From NCBI RefSeq assembly GCF_025998175.1, contig NZ_AP026695.1, positions 1,462,581 through 1,494,580 on the forward strand: a DNA stretch of 32,000 nucleotides, read 5' to 3'. The position numbers and the translations under genes were made by a program. The stretch comes from Nitrosopumilus zosterae (GTDB lineage Archaea > Thermoproteota > Nitrososphaeria > Nitrososphaerales > Nitrosopumilaceae). Positions 25,094 to 32,000 of the stretch are shown here, piece by piece (the stretch's first letter is position 1; each line of letters starts with the position of its first letter). The notes beneath the pieces were generated by a model. It worked only from the letters and a program-made list of their open reading frames with translations. It ran no database searches and had not been told where the DNA came from.

Positions 25094-26554
25094 TTATTCA
25101 ATAATTTCATTGATTTGTTTTGTCAATGATTCAATAGCAGAACTGATTTTATTTTCTCTTTTAGTGACATCGATTCTATATTGATTAATCTTGTGAGTTC
25201 TGTCAGAAATCATTCTTTTTTGTTCATCATATCCCGAAGATCCAAACGATTTTCTATCCTTCAAAGAAGAAACAACGGTGGTATTTGCGATGATTTTCGA
25301 TACAAGTTTTGGATCAACCTTAGTATCAGACACAGATTTTTTTATTTGATCGGGAGTTAATTTTGAGATGGGTTTTTTTGATTGGTAAGCCATCTGGACT
25401 AAAGATCCTGAAATTTGATGAGTCACTCTAAAAGGAATTCCTTCCTTAACTAATTTTTCAGCAATATCAAGCGCAATAAGATTACTTGATTCAGTAACTT
25501 TTTTCATTTGTTTTTCATTTACTTTCAAAGTAAGGAGTATAGATTTTAGTATCAACAATGCACTGATGGATATTTTTGATGTTGACCAAATAGAAGATTT
25601 AATCTGTTGTAAATCACGTCCGTAACCAGATGCTAAACCTTTGATTGTCGTAAGTATTGCAGTAAGATTACCAATAATCTCAGATGTTTTACCGCGGGTT
25701 AATTCTAAAATATCTGGGTTTTTCTTTTGGGGCATAACACTAGAGGGAGACGTAAATTCATCAGCAAGCTCAATAAAAGAAAATTCAGATGTTGACCAAA
25801 TTACAAAATCCTCAGACATCTTGCTTAGATTGGTCATCAAAATTGAAATCATTGCAATGTATTCAGCTACAAAATCACGCGTACTTGTTGCGTCAATAGA
25901 ATTTTCAATGACATCGTCAAAACCAAGCATCTTTGCTGTACTATGTCTATCAATAGGAATACTTGTCCCACCAACAGGTCCCGCACCAAGTGGACTTTGA
26001 TTTACTCGTTCAAATGTTCCATAAAGTCTCTGAAAATCTCTAGATAAGACATCTGCATGGGCTAAAAGATAATGAGAAAACAAACCAGCTTGAGCTTGCT
26101 GAAGATGAGTGTAAAGAGGCATGATTGTTTTTTGATGATTTTTAGCAACCGAAACTAGTGCTTCAATAGCATCTAAAAGACAACTACAAATGATGTTAAT
26201 ATCATCTCTAATTTTCATTCTAATATCTAAAGAAACTTGATCATTGCGTGATCTTGCAGTATGCATCTTGCCACCGCTTGCCATACCAGCTTTTTTGATA
26301 ACTAGTGATTCAATTAATTCATGAATGTCTTCTGCTCCTGATGATACATCAAATTTTTCATTTTTTAAAAAATTCAATGCTGATAAGATCTTTTTTGCAT
26401 CATTTTTTGTAATTATGTTATTTTGATATAACATCAAAGTGTGAGCTTGACTTCCAATAATATCATAATAAGCAATTTCAGAATCATCATTAATTGATGA
26501 AACATAATCTAAAGTTATATCACTCAAATCAGTACCAAGACGTGAACGATACAT
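25094..26554 (-). CDS. argH: Argininosuccinate lyase
   Basis: Fumarate-lyase superfamily signature 'SSVMPQKKNPD', plus 'TARSRNDQV', 'THLQQAQ' and 'GGTSIPIDR'. N-terminal 'MYRSRLG' is typical of ASL. Confidence 0.93.
   Translation of the reverse strand: MYRSRLGTDLSDITLDYVSSINDDSEIAYYDIIGSQAHTLMLYQNNIITKNDAKKILSALNFLKNEKFDVSSGAEDIHELIESLVIKKAGMASGGKMHTARSRNDQVSLDIRMKIRDDINIICSCLLDAIEALVSVAKNHQKTIMPLYTHLQQAQAGLFSHYLLAHADVLSRDFQRLYGTFERVNQSPLGAGPVGGTSIPIDRHSTAKMLGFDDVIENSIDATSTRDFVAEYIAMISILMTNLSKMSEDFVIWSTSEFSFIELADEFTSPSSVMPQKKNPDILELTRGKTSEIIGNLTAILTTIKGLASGYGRDLQQIKSSIWSTSKISISALLILKSILLTLKVNEKQMKKVTESSNLIALDIAEKLVKEGIPFRVTHQISGSLVQMAYQSKKPISKLTPDQIKKSVSDTKVDPKLVSKIIANTTVVSSLKDRKSFGSSGYDEQKRMISDRTHKINQYRIDVTKRENKISSAIESLTKQINEIIE
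25955..25975 (+). repeat. 21-nt exact repeat, copy 2 (inside argH, antisense to codons V-G-G-T-S-I-P)
   Basis: Identical to 18196-18216. Confidence 0.95.
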
Positions 26555-26574
26555 TATCTAAGGTTCTAGAATGG

Positions 26575-26584
26575 TTATATATAG
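26575..26584. promoter_or_regulatory. Shared palindromic TATA element for divergent argH and the DUF59 gene
   Basis: 'ttatatatag' lies 20-21 nt from the argH ATG (26554, minus strand) and 20 nt from the ATG at 26604 (plus strand). Confidence 0.5.
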
Positions 26585-26603
26585 CATCGACGCTTTTGCC
26601 CAC

Positions 26604-26927
26604 ATGAGTCAAGATATCAAACAGCTTAGAGTGAAAATCTTCGATGAATTATCAAAGATTGTAGATCCAGAAATCAATACATCAATTGTAGAATTAGAAT
26701 TAATTGATGAAGTAGATATCAATAATGACAACGTCAAAGTGGATTTGCATCTTACCAGTCCATTCTGTCCTGCAGTATTTGGTTTTAAGATTTGTCAGGA
26801 TATTCACGATAATTTATTGAAAGTGGATGGTGTAGATGATGTGAAAGTGAATGTTTCAAATCACTTTATGGCAGAACAGATTAACAACCAAGTTAACAAT
26901 AGTCCAAATCCAAAAAAATCAGGCTAG
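26604..26927 (+). CDS. DUF59/MIP18-family Fe-S cluster assembly-related protein
   Basis: 'VDPEINTSIVELELI' and 'LTSPFCPA' are the DUF59 hallmarks. I chose the ATG at 26604 on promoter geometry. The ORF-track start is at 26571. Confidence 0.8.
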   Translation: MSQDIKQLRVKIFDELSKIVDPEINTSIVELELIDEVDINNDNVKVDLHLTSPFCPAVFGFKICQDIHDNLLKVDGVDDVKVNVSNHFMAEQINNQVNNSPNPKKSG

Positions 26928-27691
26928 CCTCTAAAACCGAGCAGGTAGCCTCTAAGTAATTGAATGCCCATTGCTGGGTCAACGCCTTTTGGACATACCT
27001 GACTACATGAGCCAGCAAAATGACATCTCCAGATACCATGAGATTCATCAATAATTTTCAGTCTAGAGTCTTTTCCTTTATCTCTGCTATCTGCAACATA
27101 TCTATATGCTTGAGCTAATGCCTGAGGCCCAACAAAAGAGGAATCGGTTGCCATGGTTGGACATGCAGAGTTACACAATCCACATTTTATACAGTTTGCA
27201 AATTGTATGTATTGTTCAACTTCTTCAGGAGATTGTAAAAATTCCCGTTCATCAGATACTAGATCTGCATCATCTCGAATTAGATAGGGTTTGATTTTAT
27301 GATGAGTATCAAATAATCGTTCAAATTTTACTGCAAGATCCCGGATAATTGGAAAATTATTCATAGGTTCGACTGTGATAACATCAGAATTTAGTTCACT
27401 GATTTTTGTAAAACATGCCAATCTAGGTTTCCCATTAATCATCATTCCACATGAACCACAAGTGGCTTGTCTACATGAATAACGAACTGCTACAGAATGA
27501 TCAAGATGTTTTTTGACTTCAAGAATAGCTTCCAAAACTGTAGTCCATCTTTCATATGGAATCGTAAACTCCATGAATTTACTTGAATCATCGTGTTCCG
27601 GATTATATCTCGCAATTCTAAGTGTAACTGATTTTGATGAAGATATCGGCGTTGATGTTTGTTCATTTGCAATATGAGATACTTGTGCCAT
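26924..27691 (-). CDS. sdhB: Succinate dehydrogenase/fumarate reductase iron-sulfur subunit
   Basis: [2Fe-2S] 'CRQATCGSCGMMINGKPRLAC', [4Fe-4S] 'CIKCGLCNSACP' and [3Fe-4S] 'CHFAGSCSQVCP'. Confidence 0.94.
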   Translation of the reverse strand: MAQVSHIANEQTSTPISSSKSVTLRIARYNPEHDDSSKFMEFTIPYERWTTVLEAILEVKKHLDHSVAVRYSCRQATCGSCGMMINGKPRLACFTKISELNSDVITVEPMNNFPIIRDLAVKFERLFDTHHKIKPYLIRDDADLVSDEREFLQSPEEVEQYIQFANCIKCGLCNSACPTMATDSSFVGPQALAQAYRYVADSRDKGKDSRLKIIDESHGIWRCHFAGSCSQVCPKGVDPAMGIQLLRGYLLGFRG

Positions 27692-27692
27692 C

Positions 27693-28037
27693 TTATATCA
27701 TCCCCATATTAGTCATAATAATTGTTCTTGAGCCATATGCTATTAAACCAAACATTGCGGCTAAGCAACCATATGAAACAGCTTTTTCATAAAGTTGGCC
27801 TTGTTTTAATTCCAATAAAATAACTCGTAATCCATTAAATCCATGAATTGAAAGTAGAATGAGAATTAATTCTAACATTGCAGCGTATGGAATAAATTTG
27901 TAGTTTGCAATAACGGATTCATATTCTAAAGACTCTGCAAAGCCCATCGTAAGTCGCATTAAAACATGTACTGCAACTAGAGCCACAGCTGCCAAGGCAG
28001 TCCCATAATGAATTTTCATAATTGTGCTTTCTCTCAT
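27693..28037 (-). CDS. sdhD: Succinate dehydrogenase membrane subunit (SdhD-like)
   Basis: Small three-helix hydrophobic protein between sdhC and sdhB. I prefer the ATG at 28037. The ORF-track TTG start at 28049 would overlap sdhC. Confidence 0.75.
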   Translation of the reverse strand: MRESTIMKIHYGTALAAVALVAVHVLMRLTMGFAESLEYESVIANYKFIPYAAMLELILILLSIHGFNGLRVILLELKQGQLYEKAVSYGCLAAMFGLIAYGSRTIIMTNMGMI

Positions 28038-28038
28038 A

Positions 28039-28470
28039 TTATTCACCAAACATTACCGCTAGTCCGTACATCATAGCAATTGCTGCAAGAACTATTGCAG
28101 AATAGATGCCTATTTTGTGTCTGTAGTTTTGGGATGCAGGATCATATGGATAATCAGGTCTTGCAGGCTTTCCTACACCAATACCTCCATGTCCCAGCAT
28201 TACTCTAATTCCATTAACTGTATGAAATACACACATTGCTATTACAATTGCCAAGAAAATGTGTCCTTCAGTAGTTTGAGTTAATTCAAGAAATTCATCC
28301 CATCCTACTTGTCCTCTTAGAATATTACTTGTTTCATAAATATGAGCCACAAAATATGCCAATAGTCCTAATCCACTTAGCCGCATTAACCAATAAGCTA
28401 CTCTTTCAATTCCATAACGGCTAGGATTAGCCATTCCTTTGATTCCTTCTTTGTGTTCGTCTTCAGTCAT
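28039..28470 (-). CDS. sdhC: Succinate dehydrogenase membrane subunit (SdhC/cytochrome b-like)
   Basis: Hydrophobic protein with conserved His residues in the helices ('FVAHIYE', 'CVFHTVNG'). It lies directly after sdhA with no gap. Confidence 0.78.
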   Translation of the reverse strand: MTEDEHKEGIKGMANPSRYGIERVAYWLMRLSGLGLLAYFVAHIYETSNILRGQVGWDEFLELTQTTEGHIFLAIVIAMCVFHTVNGIRVMLGHGGIGVGKPARPDYPYDPASQNYRHKIGIYSAIVLAAIAMMYGLAVMFGE

Positions 28471-30183
28471 CTAATATTTCCTCTCCACGGGCTGATATTT
28501 TGTAATTGTTACAGGATGTGTTTTCATAATTGGTTCGTTTGGATCATAGTAAGCTAGGGTATGATGTAAAAAGTTTGCATCATCACGTTTAGTATAATCA
28601 GTTCTTGCATGTGCACCACGAGATTCTTTTCTATTAATTGCGCCAAGTAAAACAATCTCTGCTACCCTAAACATGGAATCGAGTTCCATCACATTTACAA
28701 AATTGGTATTGTACTCTTTTGCTTTATCATCAACGTGTTTCCAAGTCATTGTTTTTAGTTCGCGAATTTTCTTTAGACCTGCAACTAGATCAGTTTCATT
28801 TCTATAAACATAGGCTTTTTCATTCATTGTATCAGTTAATTCCTGTCTAATTTCATATGGATTTACATCCCCATTTCCACGAAATATTCCATCGTAGATT
28901 CTCTTTTCGTCTGCTGCAACTAAGTGATGTGGCCAAGGATTTGATGATGTATTATTCATTGCATATTCTGCAGCCAATTCGCCTGTAATTTTTCCCCAAA
29001 CAATGCACTCAGACGTGGAATTTGCACCTAATCTATTAGAGCCATGAACGCTATTACATGCTGCCTCTCCAGCAGCCCAAACGCCTTGGATTTCTGTTGC
29101 ACCATCAATATCAGTATGAAGCCCACCCATCATATAATGGCAAACAGGTCTAATGTCAAGTAAATCTGTAGCAGGATCAACACCAGAAAACTTGATGGAT
29201 ATTTCTCTAATACCACCTAGTTTCTCTTTGATTTTTTCATCACCAATATGTCTCAAATCAAGTTTCATGCAATCAACACCTGTTTCATGTTTGAATCCAC
29301 GTCCTTCTTGAATTTCTGTCATAATTGATCTTGATACAATATCACGAGGAGCTAATTCCATTTTTCCTGCAGCATAATTTTTCATAAATCGTTCTCCTTT
29401 GTTATTTAGAAGATAACCGCCTTCTCCTCTTGCACCCTCTGTAATTAAAATTCCCGATGGCATAATTCCTGTTGGATGGAATTGTACAAACTCCATATCT
29501 TTGAGTGCCATACCAGCACGCAATCCCATATCCAAGCCATCAGGGGTAGATGAAAGTGCATAAGTCGAGAAACTATACAATCGTCCAGCACCACCAGTTG
29601 CAATGATGAGAGCCTTTCCCTTAATAGTGTAAAATGTTCCTGAAGATAATTCAATAGCAGTTACTCCCATGAAACGTTTTCCATCATGTATGATTGATGT
29701 TACAAACCATTCGTTGAGATATTCAATATTTTCAAATTTTTGACATGTGTCATACAATGTCTGCATTTCAAAGAAACCTACTTTATCAGATGCATATGTA
29801 GCTCTTGGAAAACTATATCCTCCAAAATTTCGTTGATCAATTCTGCCATCGGGTCTTCTAGACCATGGCATTCCCCAATGATCTAACTGATGAATTTGTT
29901 GTGGCATTTCAACACAAAGTCTTTCAGCAACATCTTGGTCTGCAAGAAAGTCACTTCCTTTAACAGTATCATAAACATGAGATTCAATTGTATCGCCTTC
30001 GTCCTCAAATAGAACTGCAGCAGTGCCTCCCTCAGCTGAGACAGAATGAGAACGCATAACTTGTACCTTTGAAACAACCCCAATTTTGAGATGAGGTCCT
30101 TTTTTAGCAGCAGATATTGCAGCTCTCAGACCTGCAAGACCTGAACCACAAATAATTAAATCAAATTCTATTGAATCGACCAT
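28471..30183 (-). CDS. sdhA: Succinate dehydrogenase flavoprotein subunit
   Basis: 'DLIICGSGLAGLRAA' (FAD fold), 'RSHSVSAEGG' (His for covalent FAD), 'HPTG' and 'HGSNRLGANS'. Confidence 0.95.
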   Translation of the reverse strand: MVDSIEFDLIICGSGLAGLRAAISAAKKGPHLKIGVVSKVQVMRSHSVSAEGGTAAVLFEDEGDTIESHVYDTVKGSDFLADQDVAERLCVEMPQQIHQLDHWGMPWSRRPDGRIDQRNFGGYSFPRATYASDKVGFFEMQTLYDTCQKFENIEYLNEWFVTSIIHDGKRFMGVTAIELSSGTFYTIKGKALIIATGGAGRLYSFSTYALSSTPDGLDMGLRAGMALKDMEFVQFHPTGIMPSGILITEGARGEGGYLLNNKGERFMKNYAAGKMELAPRDIVSRSIMTEIQEGRGFKHETGVDCMKLDLRHIGDEKIKEKLGGIREISIKFSGVDPATDLLDIRPVCHYMMGGLHTDIDGATEIQGVWAAGEAACNSVHGSNRLGANSTSECIVWGKITGELAAEYAMNNTSSNPWPHHLVAADEKRIYDGIFRGNGDVNPYEIRQELTDTMNEKAYVYRNETDLVAGLKKIRELKTMTWKHVDDKAKEYNTNFVNVMELDSMFRVAEIVLLGAINRKESRGAHARTDYTKRDDANFLHHTLAYYDPNEPIMKTHPVTITKYQPVERKY

Positions 30184-30274
30184 TTTTAGACAAACTTTCT
30201 TGAGGTGAGTTAAATATGTAGTAATTGTCAGGCATGAGCCAAAAATTTAAAATATATCACTAGTGATATTAATA

Positions 30275-30784
30275 ATGATGATTTCTGAATGGTTTCAGAG
30301 AGTAGGTAGCTCAGTTCCAAGAGGATTTTCTAGATATTTCATTTTAGAATTATTGAAAAAGAAGGAAATCACGGGCAAGGAGATTATAGACTATGCGGTA
30401 GAACAAAGCAATGGAATATGGAAACCATCCCCAGGATTGATCTATCCATTGTTGGGAAGATTATTGGATGAAGAACTAATTGATGAAACAAAAGATGGAA
30501 AATACAAACTAACAAAAAAAGGCCTAGACACTGCTGCAGATGTAGATAAAATCAATGACATTGTAAAAAAACAGCTAGAGGTTCTTTTTAGATTGGGAAA
30601 TGTAGGAAGATTTGTTGCATTAGATTTGTTAGAAAAGATCTCTACGATGGGATCAATTCTAAGTTCAAATTTAACAAATATGACTGATGATGAAACTCAA
30701 AAATATAAGAAATTCCTTCAAGACGAATTAAAAAAAATAGAGGAAAAAAGATCAAAGAAAGGAAAAGAGATCAAAATAGAATGA
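30275..30784 (+). CDS. PadR-family transcriptional regulator
   Basis: 'ILELLKKKEITGKEIIDY......GIWKPSPGLIYPLLGRLLDEELI' is the PadR wHTH pattern. The start is ATG 30275 or 30278, with 'TTTAAAATATAT' 17-20 nt upstream. The ORF-track start at 30263 is GTG. Confidence 0.85.
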   Translation: MMISEWFQRVGSSVPRGFSRYFILELLKKKEITGKEIIDYAVEQSNGIWKPSPGLIYPLLGRLLDEELIDETKDGKYKLTKKGLDTAADVDKINDIVKKQLEVLFRLGNVGRFVALDLLEKISTMGSILSSNLTNMTDDETQKYKKFLQDELKKIEEKRSKKGKEIKIE

Positions 30785-30903
30785 TATTTTTGAAAAGTAA
30801 ATTAATCTATTTTTTAGAAATCCATGATTCTTACTAAACAAAAATTCATAATTTTTGGTTCATAGGCATTATTAATTGTAGCAAATAACATCAAAAGATA
30901 CAG

Positions 30904-30926
30904 TTAATTCCAAATATTGGAATTAA
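30904..30926. promoter_or_regulatory. Perfect inverted repeat TTAATTCCAA-ATA-TTGGAATTAA
   Basis: 10-bp arms with a 3-nt spacer. It lies in the 260-nt intergenic region, 120 nt after the PadR stop and 119 nt before the ICL-family ATG. Confidence 0.4.
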
Positions 30927-31044
30927 TGTAATTATTGATTCAACCATTATTTTAACTGGTGTTAAAATCAAGCCCGAAACAAAAGATGTGTGATAGTTGA
31001 GATTATTTTTAAAATGATAAATAATTCATCAAGAGAACACAATT

Positions 31045-31911
31045 ATGAAAAATTTGAAAAGTATGTTTAAATCAAAAAAACCACTTGTAATTCCAGGAGT
31101 TTATGATGCAATAGGTGCAAAGATTGTAGAAAAAGTTGGATTTGATGCAATGTTCCAAACAGGATATGGCACATCAGCAACCTTGTTTGGAATGCCAGAT
31201 TATGGATTTATTGGCGCATCTGAAACAGTGGATAATGCAAGAAGAATATGTAGAGCAGTTTCAGTTCCAGTAATTGTTGATTCAGATACGGGCTATGGAA
31301 ATGCACTAAGTGTTTGGAAGTTGGTAAAAGAATTAGAATCCTCAGGAGCATCTGGAATATTTCTAGAGGATCAGCGATGGCCTAAGAGATGTGGGCATAT
31401 GCAAGGAAAAGAAGTCATTCCACAAGAAGAATATACAGAAAAACTAGGTGCTGCAATTGATGCAAGAGAAAGTAAAGACTTCATCATTGTTGCAAGAACG
31501 GATGCCAGAGCAACCGAAGGATTAGATGCTGCAATAGAGAGAGGGATTCAAAATAAAAAAACAGGAGCTGATGCAGTGTTTATTGAAGCGCCTAAAACAT
31601 TAGATGAAATGAAAAAAATTGGAAAAGCAATCAAAGCACCACTTGTTGCAAACATGATTGAAGGAGGAGCTACACCGCTAAGTTCAGCCGAAGCGTTAAA
31701 CAAAATGGGATTTAAAATAATACTGTATCCACTATCAGTATTGTTTGCCAATACATTTGCAACAATGAATATTTTACAAGAGTTAAAGAAATCAGGTTCC
31801 ACTACGAAATTCAAACAAAAAGTGGTTAATTTTGATCAATTCAATGATCTTGTAGAATTACCAAAGTTTAGAAAGATGGAAAAAAAGTATGGATTTTCAA
31901 AGAGAGAATAA
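31045..31911 (+). CDS. Isocitrate lyase/PEP mutase superfamily enzyme (2-methylisocitrate lyase / carboxy-PEP mutase-like)
   Basis: 'IPGVYDAIGAKIVE', 'DSDTGYGNA' and 'FLEDQRWPKRCGHMQGK' (K-R-C-G-H signature, i.e. a lyase-type member rather than a true PEP mutase). Confidence 0.88.
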   Translation: MKNLKSMFKSKKPLVIPGVYDAIGAKIVEKVGFDAMFQTGYGTSATLFGMPDYGFIGASETVDNARRICRAVSVPVIVDSDTGYGNALSVWKLVKELESSGASGIFLEDQRWPKRCGHMQGKEVIPQEEYTEKLGAAIDARESKDFIIVARTDARATEGLDAAIERGIQNKKTGADAVFIEAPKTLDEMKKIGKAIKAPLVANMIEGGATPLSSAEALNKMGFKIILYPLSVLFANTFATMNILQELKKSGSTTKFKQKVVNFDQFNDLVELPKFRKMEKKYGFSKRE

Positions 31912-31939
31912 AAGAAAAAATTTCAAGTAAAGCATACAG

Positions 31940-32000
31940 TTATGCTGTATTTCTCTTTACTTCAATTTCTATTGTTGAAACGTTTCTGGTTCTACCGTCT
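31940..32000 (-). CDS. 3' end of an unidentified convergent gene (19 codons visible)
   Basis: The minus-strand frame is open from the window edge: ...DGRTRNVSTIEIEVKRNTA*. The stop overlaps a 6-bp hairpin (AGCATA-CAGT-TATGCT, 31931-31946). Confidence 0.3.
   Translation of the reverse strand, partial: DGRTRNVSTIEIEVKRNTA

Noticed and set aside
1-32000. Search by eye for CRISPR arrays, integrase/transposase/Cas1-PolB (casposon) genes, toxin-antitoxin pairs or known defence genes
   Set aside because: No regularly spaced repeats and no ORF with recombinase, nuclease-helicase or polymerase signatures were found. The 18-25 kb block looks accessory, but it cannot be called a mobile element on present evidence.

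Overview
AT-rich archaeal chromosomal segment. By inference from content it resembles an ammonia-oxidising thaumarchaeon (Nitrosopumilus-like): archaeal TFB, RFC large subunit, an NDH-1 operon without nuoEFG, and the biotin-dependent acetyl-/propionyl-CoA carboxylase used in the HP/HB carbon-fixation cycle. Layout: 1-5.1 kb holds nuoK-J-I-H-D-C-B-A (minus strand). 5.2-9.2 kb holds a Bcp-type peroxiredoxin and the carboxylase operon (pccB-accC-accB). 9.3-11.9 kb holds an operon of an unknown 371-aa protein, RFC large subunit and a Cys-rich zinc protein. 12-18 kb holds an IMPase-family phosphatase, an FNR-type reductase, DUF1059, a HemA-like protein lacking the catalytic Cys, an Ala/Glu/Lys-rich protein, TFB and a SAM methyltransferase. 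18-25 kb looks accessory: a ParB-like protein, a 0.7-kb gene desert, a SIMPL protein, two wHTH regulators, three histidine-kinase-less receiver proteins and tRNA-Asp/tRNA-Lys. 25-32 kb holds argH, a DUF59 protein, sdhABCD, a PadR regulator and an ICL/PEP-mutase-family enzyme. I saw no CRISPR array, rRNA, transposase, integrase or casposon genes. Many genes have a TATA-like box about 20-22 nt upstream of the start codon (leaderless architecture), and I used this to re-assign several starts. Several ORF-track starts are GTG/TTG and remain uncertain. Most notable observations: the degenerate HemA paralog, the orphan receiver/wHTH cluster, a 21-nt exact direct repeat linking an intergenic region to the argH active-site coding region, a roughly 49-nt paralogous 3'-flank element, and the unknown gene transcribed with RFC. 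All functional calls come from motif recognition by eye; no database search was run.
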